DNA of 64,000 nt, taken from Methanotrichaceae archaeon (lineage in GTDB: Archaea > Halobacteriota > Methanosarcinia > Methanotrichales > Methanotrichaceae). The DNA is taken from assembly GCA_963803145.1 (NCBI GenBank), contig CAWDLW010000012.1, positions 171,435 through 235,434 of the forward strand, written 5' to 3'. A program made the position numbers and the translations under genes. The notes under the pieces were generated by a model. The model was not told the origin of the DNA. It worked only from the letters and a program-made list of their open reading frames with translations, and searched no databases. Below, in pieces: positions 1-10,395 of the stretch (position 1 is the first letter of the stretch; each line of letters starts with the position of its first letter).

Positions 1-140
1 TATATGTTAGATAGAGTGTTGGTTAGGTAAATAGCAATTCCAATAACAATTTACCTTATGCTTTCGATTGATCATCGACCATAGTTCAGGCCAGATAACT
101 ATTTGATATACTGATAGAGCCTAAGGGCTGAAAAGGTGGT

Positions 141-695
141 ATGATGAGATCTCATTTGATCATAGTTCTTGTAATATTGATGCTGGCAGAGATAGGTACA
201 TCTTTAGCAACCCATGAGTCTGGGAAGCTCGGACCCTATGTGGTTTCCTTCGATATGAACACGACCTCGCAGTACAAAGTCATCGTTGATCCGCCAACGA
301 GCGGTGCTACCTCTGACGGCGCGAAGTTCACCAGATACTATCTATCTGTCGATGGCGATGACGGCTATGCTTCTATTATTTTAACGGGATATCAGAAAAA
401 TATGTCGGATGGCATTGATGCAAACAAGGATATCGTTACATCAGCTCTCACAGCGCTAGGTGGTACGGACTCTAAGATCTATCCATCAACGGTGGGAGTT
501 GACGGCCAGCAGGCGGTCCTTGGAAGCTGCAAATATCCTACAGGCGAGACTATATTCATCGCGAGCTATTCCCCTGATGCAGCTCCGATGAATGGAACTT
601 ACATCGGAAAAACTGATTGCAGATTTGTATCCACCTATTCATGGGATGTGACCAGAAATCTGCTGGGCACACTCCATGTAGAAGTGCCTAAATAA
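141..695 (+). CDS. Secreted hypothetical protein
   Basis: 184-aa ORF with an N-terminal signal-peptide-like segment (MRSHLIIVLVILMLAEIG); upstream AGGTGG SD-like motif. Confidence 0.8.
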   Translation: MMRSHLIIVLVILMLAEIGTSLATHESGKLGPYVVSFDMNTTSQYKVIVDPPTSGATSDGAKFTRYYLSVDGDDGYASIILTGYQKNMSDGIDANKDIVTSALTALGGTDSKIYPSTVGVDGQQAVLGSCKYPTGETIFIASYSPDAAPMNGTYIGKTDCRFVSTYSWDVTRNLLGTLHVEVPK

Positions 696-1008
696 TCGAA
701 TAATGGTATAATAACATCTTCATGCAGTCTCGCGTGAGATCGATGACTCGCGTAATGCCCGGATAAACGAATACAATGCATATCCTCATTCATACCACCT
801 AAAGAGACTGAGGAGAAAAATGACCCGCAGTCATATCTATATTATACTTATCATAAAACTAGGCGCTATCTGAATATCTTGTGCATTTAGAACCAGCTTT
901 TCCATACCTGCAACCTCGTGGAGGATTCATGTAGGTATTAGATGATACCTACATAAAAACCAGCTTTTAATATTACGGCCACGATAGGTAGTATTTGGAG
1001 GAATTGAA

Positions 1009-1560
1009 ATTAGCAAAGTCAAGTTGATATTATCCATAATGGCGCTAGGAATGCTGATGGCAATTGGCGCTGCGAATGGAGAGGACCATCCATACGATGG
1101 GCCTGGAGCAGATTACCAGAATAACGCACCGATGTATGATCAATATGCACAAAACCAGTATGGGCCGGACCAATATGGGCAAGGACAATATGGGCAGGGC
1201 CAATACGGCCAGTCTGGATATAATTCCCAATACGGCTCAAGCTCTTCGAGCCAGGTGCTCACGCCGCCGACCAGCACATACAATAACTACAACTACTACG
1301 ATTGGCTCTCCCCAGGAACTGCGTACTGGCCGTATTCGTATCCTGCATATTACAACTATAACTATGATAACTACTGGTGGTATAGCCATAATCCAAAGTA
1401 CTATTACACAACACCGATCAAGCACTACTACACCTGGTATCCGGCAACGTATAACTGGGATCCATGGTATGCCGCTAATGTCTACGGCTTCGGCTCTACG
1501 ACCTATTACTACTCGAACAGATGGTCCTATCACAGCGGAGGATTCTTCTTCGACCCATAG
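1009..1560 (+). CDS. Secreted Tyr/Gln/Gly/Asn-rich low-complexity protein
   Basis: ORF track starts at TTG 1024. An in-frame ATT at 1009 lies 7 nt after GGAGG (997-1001) and gives MSKVKLILSIMALGMLMAIGAA, a complete signal peptide. QYGQG repeats, then a Tyr/Trp-rich C-terminus. Confidence 0.75.
   Translation: MSKVKLILSIMALGMLMAIGAANGEDHPYDGPGADYQNNAPMYDQYAQNQYGPDQYGQGQYGQGQYGQSGYNSQYGSSSSSQVLTPPTSTYNNYNYYDWLSPGTAYWPYSYPAYYNYNYDNYWWYSHNPKYYYTTPIKHYYTWYPATYNWDPWYAANVYGFGSTTYYYSNRWSYHSGGFFFDP
1141..1215 (+). repeat. Five 15-bp coding tandem repeats (QYAQN QYGPD QYGQG QYGQG QYGQS)
   Basis: caatatgcacaaaac/cagtatgggccggac/caatatgggcaagga/caatatgggcagggc/caatacggccagtct. Confidence 0.9.
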
Positions 1561-1805
1561 GCCAGAGGATGATAAAAAGTTATTAAGCAAGATCAAGATC
1601 CAAGAACAACCGAGATCCATAGGCTTTAATATAGCGCCTGAAGGACTGCAGCCATCAGCTTTATGGATACATAAGAGCTGGGCATAGGCTCCAGGGGGTA
1701 ACCTGTGTCCGGCAAAAGGCAGTGCCCTTTAACTATTTTATTGGCATAGCAATCTTAGAGAATTGCCTATTGATCAGCCTGAAGGCAGGATCGGTTTTTC
1801 ATCAT

Positions 1806-2192
1806 TTATTCTGCTTTGAAGAAACGCCAATCGTCAGTCTCCAAAGCTTCTCTAAGCTTCTGTTTTATCTCGTGAGGAAGCGGATAATTTCCGCTCTTGT
1901 CGCAGATCGCACTTATCAGATCTTCATGACTTACGCCCAAGAGATCATGATCTAGGGCGAATGAGGCCGTAACTTCATCGCGCTCTGCAGTTATGACCGT
2001 GATCATCAGTCTGGCTCTATCCTCCAGGCAGTTGATAAAAAAATAGGACATTCCACGAAGATCGGCTAGGTTACTACATAGTGATCTGTAGTCCTCAACG
2101 GATCTGACCTGAGTTAACCTAAATGCCTCAAGAAGTGGCAAATCGAACCTGATCTTTTTTGGATCGAAGATGACCTTTTCTCTAGGGGGCAT
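1806..2192 (-). CDS. Hypothetical protein
   Basis: 128-aa ATG-started ORF with globular composition; no recognised motif. Confidence 0.65.
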   Translation of the reverse strand: MPPREKVIFDPKKIRFDLPLLEAFRLTQVRSVEDYRSLCSNLADLRGMSYFFINCLEDRARLMITVITAERDEVTASFALDHDLLGVSHEDLISAICDKSGNYPLPHEIKQKLREALETDDWRFFKAE

Positions 2193-2383
2193 AAGATAAA
2201 TATCGTTCTCTAGCCGTATAAAAGTGCTAGTAAGCCTATGAGGATTATAATTTTGGCGTAGAGATAGACTATCTCGAAAAATTTATCTATATTCAATGCT
2301 AAAGGAACTATTATATTTCCGATCGAATTGCTTTCGTGTCATGAATTGAATATCGTTAAAGTTCAAACTCAGGGAGATGAATT

Positions 2384-3208
2384 ATGCTGCATGCCAGAGA
2401 CCTGAATGATGAGGGGGTTTCCCATTATAAACAGGGTGAATATGAGACGGCTATAGAATTCTTCGATAAGGCTCTGAAACTGGACCCAATGCTCGCGCCT
2501 GCTTGGAGCAATCGGGGATTGGCTTTATCAGAGCTCGGCAGGTATGAGGATGGGATAGAATCATTCGAAAAGGCCCTTAAAATCAAACCCGACTATATTC
2601 TGGCATTACAGGCAAAGGGAGTTGCACTCTGCAGAGCGGGCATGGATGTAGAAGCTATAAAGGCTTATGAAAGAGCATTGGAGATCGATCCTCAGTTCAC
2701 AGCCGCCTGGATAGGCAAGGGTGTTGCACTTTATCATCTGCGTAAGGACAATGAGGCTATCGAGTGTCTTGACAAGGCTACACAGCTTGACCCCCTTGAT
2801 ACAATTGCCTGGGTAAATCGGGGAAGGGTCCAACATGACCTGCATAGGTTTAATGAGGCCCTCAAATCCTATGAGAGAGCAATCGCGCTTGATCCCGATT
2901 ATGCGAAGGCATGGGAGAGCAAAGGTCTTTTGCTATACGACCAGGGGGACTACGATGGAGCACTTGAAGCATACGACAAGGCACTGGAGCTCGATCCATT
3001 ATTCAAAACAGCCTGGGAAGGAAAAGGGGTTGCGCTCTATGAGCTCGGAAGGTATGAAGAGGCATTAAAATGCTATGAGAGGGCTGGCGAGCTCAATCCA
3101 ACAGATCCTGCCATCTGGATAAAGAAGAGCCTTACGCTGCAAGCACTGGGTAGGAATGCAGAGGCTAATGATGCAATGGAGATGGCTAGGGGGATGGGAG
3201 CCGGATAA
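2384..3208 (+). CDS. Tetratricopeptide repeat protein
   Basis: Consecutive 34-aa repeats (AWxNRGxALxxLGRYEEAxxxFDKAxxLDP). Confidence 0.93.
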   Translation: MLHARDLNDEGVSHYKQGEYETAIEFFDKALKLDPMLAPAWSNRGLALSELGRYEDGIESFEKALKIKPDYILALQAKGVALCRAGMDVEAIKAYERALEIDPQFTAAWIGKGVALYHLRKDNEAIECLDKATQLDPLDTIAWVNRGRVQHDLHRFNEALKSYERAIALDPDYAKAWESKGLLLYDQGDYDGALEAYDKALELDPLFKTAWEGKGVALYELGRYEEALKCYERAGELNPTDPAIWIKKSLTLQALGRNAEANDAMEMARGMGAG

Positions 3209-3384
3209 CCTTCCTGCGAGGCTATCCAAATATATTCTTTAGAACTATCTTTTTGCTTTTGTATCTCCGTGGCTTGGTTTATCATTTTTAGTCAGGCAAA
3301 CCAAGAGCGTTTCACAAAGGCATAAATAGCATAAAATTGAGATTGGCAAAAAATATTAGTATCAAAAAATTATAACTCCTCTCT

Positions 3385-4722
3385 CTATCTCAGTTCTATC
3401 GTGCCAATCTCTTGCCTATCAGTCGTCAAGTTGGCGATCACTACTGAACTGTTTGTATTTCCGGCAGCATCCTTCGCCATTACCTTAACATTATCACCAT
3501 CTGCAATCCATGGAGCTGTGCTGTTCGCCAGGTAATCAGCGAAATCGCAATCTATGCTGAACCAGCCAGAGGAGCTTGGATCCGCGGTCTTCACAACGCC
3601 TGTTCTCTCGTTCGTTGCAGTGATAGTAACATTAGCAGGATCTGTAGCATTGACATTTCCGATTATCGGATGTAGCTTGTTTGTTGTGTATTCAGAGAAG
3701 CCCATTCGGTCAAAGCTGTAGCTTACGCCGTTCCTGGGCTTTAGAGATCCGTTGAACTGGGATACCTGCTCGAAGACAATATAGCTCGGCATAGGCGCTG
3801 GAAAATTCACTGGCAGAGGCACATTCTTGAGCACATTTATCATCAGCTCGAGCTTGTATTCGCCATTGTCGGCCTCGACTTTGTAGGCAGTGGGATACAT
3901 CCTCGACGTGATCTGATCTAGCGAGAAGTCTGCGTAGTTCAGCTTAACCTGAGAGCTTGAGAACTTGATTGTCTCTCCAGCGTGCTGTATTCCCAGAATG
4001 GTGTTTCTATCCTCGCCTAACACATCCCCTAGCGTCAGGCTGAAGCCATCTTTAGGATTCGATACCTGTGCCCAGTTCCACTTAGCATCATTGAATGCCC
4101 ACCTGCCCCAATTGTGATCATGATAGCCGACGGCGTCTATGCTTCTCGTCTGGTTGCCCAGGATTATGGTTCCTTTGACGGTTGCAGATGGCATATAGAC
4201 CAGCCATTTCATCCAGTCGCCCTTGAGGTGGCCTACATGCATCTGAACTGGTGTAGGGAACCAGGAGCTGACTGCGATAGTATATGTAAGATCCCATGCA
4301 ATAGGCGTATCTGACAGAGTATCTCTTGCAGAGCCGAATATCCTGTAGGCTGATGTATTCAGAGCACTGAAGCCGTTTTGATCGATATCGATTGTTGGAT
4401 TGCTGCGATCTCCTCCGAAGCCACGGCTGCTATGTATGCCCAAAAGAGGCGGCATGCCGTCTACAAGCACAAGTGCAATCGCCTGTATCCTCCGCTGACC
4501 GGTTAAATTATCAGGATCGCTCAGGAAGTAGTTAAAGAAGAACTGCGTATCGTTTGAAACTCCATTGAAGTACCACCATTCGTTATAGAGCTTATCATCA
4601 ATGTTGTTGGCCATGTAATGATAGGCATCATCCTTTAAGGTTGGTTCTGCAGCCAAGCCACTGCAGCACGAAAAGATGAATACTGTTAATGCTGCTAATA
4701 GATAATTTTTATAAGTTCTCAT
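3385..4722 (-). CDS. Secreted CrtC/AttH (tocopherol-cyclase/lipocalin-like) domain protein
   Basis: Signal peptide; NEWWYF and GYHDHNWG motifs typical of this beta-barrel family. Confidence 0.7.
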   Translation of the reverse strand: MRTYKNYLLAALTVFIFSCCSGLAAEPTLKDDAYHYMANNIDDKLYNEWWYFNGVSNDTQFFFNYFLSDPDNLTGQRRIQAIALVLVDGMPPLLGIHSSRGFGGDRSNPTIDIDQNGFSALNTSAYRIFGSARDTLSDTPIAWDLTYTIAVSSWFPTPVQMHVGHLKGDWMKWLVYMPSATVKGTIILGNQTRSIDAVGYHDHNWGRWAFNDAKWNWAQVSNPKDGFSLTLGDVLGEDRNTILGIQHAGETIKFSSSQVKLNYADFSLDQITSRMYPTAYKVEADNGEYKLELMINVLKNVPLPVNFPAPMPSYIVFEQVSQFNGSLKPRNGVSYSFDRMGFSEYTTNKLHPIIGNVNATDPANVTITATNERTGVVKTADPSSSGWFSIDCDFADYLANSTAPWIADGDNVKVMAKDAAGNTNSSVVIANLTTDRQEIGTIELR

Positions 4723-4814
4723 TTAAGCGCCCTCCTTCCCTGAACCCGCGCCTGAGGACTAATGGCTTTTGTATTATTTAACAATATTTCTAGGTTCTAT
4801 GCTCCTTATTATTA

Positions 4815-5243
4815 TCAATCCAAAAGTTCAACTGCTTCCTCTGCGGTCGCAGCCTTCAGCGTTCCAGGAATATCCCAGCTACCAAGGCTTATCACGCGTT
4901 TTCCCATCTTCAGGGCGAGGGCAATTTCCGAGAGAGTTCCATACTCTCCAGGCAAAGCGATAATTGCATCAGCGCTTTTTACTATTATCACATTTCTAGC
5001 ATGGCCCATGCCTGTGGATATGGCTATCCCGACGCATTTATTTGCATCCCATTTTTCGCCCGGAAGTATGCCAACGGCTATGCCTCCTGCATCCTTAGCA
5101 CCGCAGCAGACCGCCTCCATCACACCAGTCAGGCCGCCGCAGATCGGCGTATGGCCGTTTTCTGCAAGCAGCCGACCTAGGGTATATGCGGTCCTTTTAA
5201 CCTCAGAGCTGCACTCAGCCCCACCAATTACAGCTATCTGCAT
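4815..5243 (-). CDS. TIGR00725 / LOG-family protein
   Basis: IAVIGG, CGGLTGVMEA, GMGHARN, PGEYGTLSEIALA motifs. Confidence 0.9.
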   Translation of the reverse strand: MQIAVIGGAECSSEVKRTAYTLGRLLAENGHTPICGGLTGVMEAVCCGAKDAGGIAVGILPGEKWDANKCVGIAISTGMGHARNVIIVKSADAIIALPGEYGTLSEIALALKMGKRVISLGSWDIPGTLKAATAEEAVELLD

Positions 5244-5348
5244 TCAGCGTTCAGCCTCCTCAATTATACGGCCATTACCGTAAATATCTATCGTCTTGCA
5301 CCGTCTTTTAGCGCAAAGTATTCATATACCTCCCAAGAGTTATTTTTT

Positions 5349-8144
5349 GTGAACACATTCAGTCGGCTCTATCCCTCAATTGGAAAGATGCTAGCGGAGC
5401 AATCGATCACAGAGCCGACGCTGCCGCAAAAGCTGGCGATTCCTGAGATCTTGGATGGCAGAAACATTCTTCTGATAGCTCCTACGGGCACCGGCAAGAC
5501 TGAAGCTGCAGCTCTTCCAGTTCTCCATAAAATCCTAGCGGAGGAGCGTTCTGGAACACAGGCTATCTATATCACGCCTCTGCGCGCCCTGAACAGGGAT
5601 ATGCTCAGACGTTTCGAAGAGTGGGGTGAGCGGCTGAACATATCAATCGCAGTTCGCCATGGAGATACAAGCAAAAGCGATAGAAGAAGACAGTCATTGA
5701 GTCCGCCTGATCTTTTGATCACTACCCCAGAAACTCTGCAGGTGATGCTCACTGGAAAGCGGCTGCGCAAAAATCTATCGAGCGTGAAGACAGTAATAGT
5801 CGATGAGATCCATGAGCTTGCATCATCAAAGAGAGGATCGCAGCTCTTTGTCCTTCTCGAGCGGCTGGTCGAGATCGCCGGCGAGTTCCAAAGGATCGGC
5901 CTGTCTGCTACTGTCGGATCGCCTGAGCAGGTTGCAAGGCTTCTTGCAGGCTCGCAAAGGCCATATAAAATCATCAGGGCAGATATCCAGAGGGCTAGCG
6001 ATTTTAAGATTGTCAGCCCTAACCCTACGCGAGCAGATTATGCTCTCGCAAGCCAGCTGGAATGCGATCCTAGGTTAGCTGCACAGATTGGTTGGATCAG
6101 GGAGCAGGTCAAACTAAAGAAGTGTCTTATTTTCGTCAACACAAGACAGGCGGCTGAAGTTCTGGGCTCCAGGTTCAGGCTGCTTGGAGAGCCGATAGGA
6201 GTTCATCACGGGAGCCTCTCAGCCGAGACCAGGGTCGAGGCGGAGGAGGCGTTCAAAGGAGGCGCTCTTCGCGGCCTTATCTGCACATCATCAATGGAGC
6301 TTGGAATCGACATCGGTGATGTCGATCATGTCATCCAGTACAGCTCTCCTCGTGAGGTCTCAAGGCTGCTACAGCGAGTAGGTCGTTCAGGCCATAAGAT
6401 AGGCCGAACGGCAGAAGGCACAATAATTGCCACATGCCCGGATGATATCGCCGAAGCATGTGCAATTGCAAGACGAGCTGGAGAGGCAATGCTCGAAGAG
6501 ATTCAGATTCACGAGAAGCCGATGGATGCTCTCGCAAATCAGATTGTAGGATTAGAGCTGGACTTCGGCGACATAAGCCTCCAGCAAGCTCATAGAATCA
6601 TAACCAGGGCTTATCCCTTCCGTGACCTAACGCTTGATGAGCTGAGGAAAGTAGCAGAGCAGATAGCCGAAAGCAGACTTACACGAATTCAGGGTGATAT
6701 CCTCCAGAGGACACGTAAGGCCCGCGAGTACTACTACGAGAACCTCTCGATGATTCCCGATGAGAAGAGATACAATGTCTACGACATCATCGGCCGCAAA
6801 TCGATAGGAACATTGGATGAGGCATTTGTAGTCAGCTATGCCCAGCCTGGTGCAACTTTTGTAACAAAGGGCGAGATCTGGGAGATCTCGGAGATCGACG
6901 AGGACGAGATCAAGGTCATGCCTATTCAGCGCAGCGGCGAAATTCCATCCTGGAGCGGTGAAGAAATACCTGTTCCATTCGATGTGGCACAGGAGGTAGG
7001 CAGGATAAGGGAAAGTGTCCGACTATATCTGGAATCCGATGGCAAGGATGCTGCTGTAAACTGGCTGACCGAAAGCTATCCTGTTGATCGTGAGGCTGCA
7101 GCAGAGTTTATCGATCTGATAGAGATGCAGATAAGGAAAAATCTGCCGGTCCCCGATGACAAACATATCGTTATTGAGGGAGGCGGCACCGAAGTTATCA
7201 TAAACTCATGCTTCGGCCACAAGACAAACGATACCCTGGGAAGGGCAATAACGGCTATGCTCTCTGCAAAGTTCGGATCAAGCGTTGCTTCAGAGATAGA
7301 TCCTTACAGGATAGAGCTGACATTGCCGCGTTCCGTGATCGCTGAGGAGATCGCAAAAACGATCATGGAGCTGAAACCCGAGCATCTGGAGCCGATCCTT
7401 GAGATGACCCTCAAGAATACCACTCTGCTCAAGTGGAAGATGGTTCATATCGCCAGGAAGTTCGGAGCTCTATCTAGGGATGTGGACTTCCAGAGAATTA
7501 GCATAAACAGGCTGCTCTCAGTATTCGAGGGAACGCCAATGTACCGTGAAGCAATACGGGAAATATACCAGGATCGGTTAGATCTCCCCCGTGCCAGGCA
7601 AATACTCGAAGAGATTCACAAAGGCAACATCGTTATTACCACCAGCAGCCCGAGTCCAATAGGTGCCAGCGGCAGGGGAGGCGGCAGAGATGTGACGTCG
7701 CCGGAGCATGCAGATGGCGCAGTAATAGAGCTTCTGAAATCAAGGATCATGAACGATTCCGTGATATTATTCTGCGTCAACTGCAAGAAGTGGAAGTCGC
7801 TCCGTGCAGTGGGCCGCGTTCCGGAGCAGCCTGAATGTCCCATCTGCGGCTCCAAGATGGTCGCAGCCCTCAAGCCCTGGGAAGAAGAGGAGATAAAGGT
7901 AGTCAAGAAGCCCGAAAAGAAGAAGACGCCAGAAGATCGTCGAAGGACAAAGCGGGTCTTCAGGAATGCCAATCTTGTCTTGAGCTATGGCAAAACTGCG
8001 GCAATTGCGCTTGCGAGCCGCGGACTTGGGCCCGAGACCGCGGCAAGAGTAATCGGCAAGCTTCGAACAGATGAGCTTGAGTTCTATCGGGATATCCTGA
8101 AGGCGGAGAGGGAGTATGCGAGGACGAAGAGGTTCTGGAGTTAA
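5349..8144 (+). CDS. lhr: Lhr-like SF2 DEAD/DEAH-box helicase with C-terminal Cys-rich (Zn-finger-like) motif
   Basis: APTGTGKT, TTPETL, VDEIHE, GLSAT, HHGSLS, SSMELGIDIG, QRVGRSGH motifs; CVNC...CPICG near the C-terminus. Confidence 0.92.
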   Translation: MNTFSRLYPSIGKMLAEQSITEPTLPQKLAIPEILDGRNILLIAPTGTGKTEAAALPVLHKILAEERSGTQAIYITPLRALNRDMLRRFEEWGERLNISIAVRHGDTSKSDRRRQSLSPPDLLITTPETLQVMLTGKRLRKNLSSVKTVIVDEIHELASSKRGSQLFVLLERLVEIAGEFQRIGLSATVGSPEQVARLLAGSQRPYKIIRADIQRASDFKIVSPNPTRADYALASQLECDPRLAAQIGWIREQVKLKKCLIFVNTRQAAEVLGSRFRLLGEPIGVHHGSLSAETRVEAEEAFKGGALRGLICTSSMELGIDIGDVDHVIQYSSPREVSRLLQRVGRSGHKIGRTAEGTIIATCPDDIAEACAIARRAGEAMLEEIQIHEKPMDALANQIVGLELDFGDISLQQAHRIITRAYPFRDLTLDELRKVAEQIAESRLTRIQGDILQRTRKAREYYYENLSMIPDEKRYNVYDIIGRKSIGTLDEAFVVSYAQPGATFVTKGEIWEISEIDEDEIKVMPIQRSGEIPSWSGEEIPVPFDVAQEVGRIRESVRLYLESDGKDAAVNWLTESYPVDREAAAEFIDLIEMQIRKNLPVPDDKHIVIEGGGTEVIINSCFGHKTNDTLGRAITAMLSAKFGSSVASEIDPYRIELTLPRSVIAEEIAKTIMELKPEHLEPILEMTLKNTTLLKWKMVHIARKFGALSRDVDFQRISINRLLSVFEGTPMYREAIREIYQDRLDLPRARQILEEIHKGNIVITTSSPSPIGASGRGGGRDVTSPEHADGAVIELLKSRIMNDSVILFCVNCKKWKSLRAVGRVPEQPECPICGSKMVAALKPWEEEEIKVVKKPEKKKTPEDRRRTKRVFRNANLVLSYGKTAAIALASRGLGPETAARVIGKLRTDELEFYRDILKAEREYARTKRFWS

Positions 8145-8492
8145 GATCGATTGCTCCTCTGATCTTGAAATCTTCAGATCCGCAGGAGAGCATATCGCTA
8201 TGATCACTTTAGATTATCTCAATCGTCTATATGTTCCAATAATTCTTCACCATTAGTTTTGTGGCCCAGAGGTATGTTTTAAATCTCCCTCCTTTACTTA
8301 CCGCTGGGTCATCTCTTCTCTGATCATCTAACATAGCAAGATCAATGAAGTTTGTGACTCAAGGCCGATGAAACTGATGCGCTCATATCCACGATAAAGC
8401 CCTAGGGCCATAGGCTACAGCTATATGGATATGCTTGCCTTCCAATAAGCCATTAAACCATCAAGATAATCAGCACCCACAAGGTGCAAAAC

Positions 8493-8620
8493 ATGGTCGA
8501 AGTTGGAGATGCCGCTCCAGAGTTCTGTCTGCCGGCAGGCGACGAGCAAGAGGATGCCTTAGCTCATACCGTGGCAGATGGGTTGCGCTTTATTTTTAAA
8601 CGTAATACCCCACAGCTTGT
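8493..8620 (+). pseudogene. bcp: Degraded peroxiredoxin (BCP/PrxQ) 5' fragment
   Basis: MVEVGDAAPEFCLPAGDEQE, then in a shifted frame CLSSYRGRWVALYF followed by TAA (8597-8599); matches the BCP N-terminus up to the YFYPKD motif. Confidence 0.65.
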
Positions 8621-9257
8621 TGTGGATGGGATAAAGGGCATCCGTATACAACTTAGGGATGGATCAGCTAGCCAATTGTGATTTAATGCGGCGACGCCTC
8701 GCATGCCTCACTGTTTGCAGCGTGAGATAAAATACCGGTAAGAACCTTTTTCATCGAACTTGGAAGGATCACCTATAATTATATTATCCTTGCCATTCTG
8801 TTAGCTGTCGCTTTACATTTTCAAAGGTTGGGTCTTTGATCCTTTCGAAAATTTTAAGCGCAGACTGAGCATAGTCAACAGCCTTAGATTGTTCCCCTAT
8901 CTTATATAATACGAGGCTTATATTCCATAAGGCATTGCCCTCTCCAGCAGGGACTCCAATCTTACGGAAGATTTCTAATGATTGCTCATAGGATTCGATG
9001 GCCTGGCGAGATTCGCCTAGTCTCTCATAGGCCACACCAAGGTTGCCTAAAACGTTTGCCTTTCCTTTAAGATCTCCAATATTATTAGCAATTTCTAATC
9101 TCTTTTCATAATATTCAATTGCCTGGATAGGTTCGCCTAACGCACAGTATGCAATGCCTAAATTATTTAAATCTGCACATTCTCCTTTCAGATCTCTTAA
9201 TTCTCTGTCAATTATCAGAGCTTTCTTATAAAATTCAATAGCATATTGAAGCTTACC

Positions 9258-10395
9258 GAGGATTCCTATTTACTTGTATCCTAAGGGCGGTTTTTTTAAA
9301 TCGACTCTAGATTTGCCTTACGATGTTCGCTATTCTTGGTCTAACCTGTTTTTTTTCAGTTAATTCTCGATAGCATCCGCTATCCCTAAATGACATTTGC
9401 CTTTTTAAGAGTACAAAGCTGATACAAGTTAAAAGCGAAAGCGGTAACTATCATTTTCACATGCACTCTTCTGACTGATGTAACAAGCACTCTTCCAGCC
9501 TCGAAAACCCTCTTGATTACAGCATGGGGCCTTTCGCCAGGCGATCTGAGGATACTGATCAACTGATTGCGTTCTTTATCAAGATCAGAAAGAGGTTTAT
9601 CAGTAGTCCTGCGCTTCATTGTAAAATCAATACCTTTGGCCTTCACACCGAAATATCCTCTATCTCTGAAAACTGGCACGCCAGGGATAGAGAGATCAAC
9701 CTGACTGTCATGCAGTGATGCAGTCGAGGTCTCTATATCACGTATTAGGCTGTAATCGATATCAGTTATTTGATGTAACTTATATCCGAAGTGAGTTTCA
9801 TTGCCTTTCTTAGCCCATGTGCCATCCTTGCTGCGACGTGTCTTAGCCTCATCGCCACGTGGTTTCTTTGACTCCGATGATCCTGGATCTGCTTCTATAA
9901 AGGTAGCATCCTGAACAATTCCGCGTCTGATCTTCAATCCTTTTGCATCCAACTGTCTTTGAAGTTCAGCCCAAACAAGCCTATCTGTTCCTGTCTCCGC
10001 CATTCGTTCTTTGAATGACCATATAGTTCTGGAATCAGGGAACTGATCAGGAAAACCAAGAAATGCCATAAATGATATGCGATCAGCCATTTGCCGTTCA
10101 ACAGCCAGATCGCTCAGGCCATACCACTGCTGGAGAATCAGGATCCTGAACATTAGAATAACATCACAGTTGGGCCTTCCTCCCTTCTCGGTCTTATTAG
10201 TATACATCCCTTCCAGAAGAGGACGAAAGGGAACCCAATTGATCAATCCAGATACTTGAGCTAATTTAGACTCCTCTTGCTTTGCATTTAGACCTTTCAA
10301 TACCCAAGTAGTAAAAGAATCCATAACAATAAATACTATTTGCTGTATTTAACACTTTCGATGCTAAAGCAGGGGGTAGGTTTATAGGAATCCTC
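9258..10395 (-). mobile_element. IS5-family insertion sequence, 1138 bp
   Basis: 16-bp TIRs GAGGATTCCTATTTAC (9258-9273) and GTTTATAGGAATCCTC (10380-10395), 14/16 match; 4-bp TSD TACC at 9254-9257 and 10396-10399. Confidence 0.95.
9386..10324 (-). CDS. IS5-family DDE transposase
   Basis: GRP, LQQWYGLSD, QDATFI, FGYKLH, DRGY, RSPGERPH motifs. Confidence 0.95.
   Translation of the reverse strand: MDSFTTWVLKGLNAKQEESKLAQVSGLINWVPFRPLLEGMYTNKTEKGGRPNCDVILMFRILILQQWYGLSDLAVERQMADRISFMAFLGFPDQFPDSRTIWSFKERMAETGTDRLVWAELQRQLDAKGLKIRRGIVQDATFIEADPGSSESKKPRGDEAKTRRSKDGTWAKKGNETHFGYKLHQITDIDYSLIRDIETSTASLHDSQVDLSIPGVPVFRDRGYFGVKAKGIDFTMKRRTTDKPLSDLDKERNQLISILRSPGERPHAVIKRVFEAGRVLVTSVRRVHVKMIVTAFAFNLYQLCTLKKANVI

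Noticed and set aside
1064-1687. 207-aa alternative-frame ORF and antisense ORFs over the Tyr-rich gene
   Set aside because: These are shadows of the low-complexity gene at 1009-1560, which has the SD and the signal peptide.
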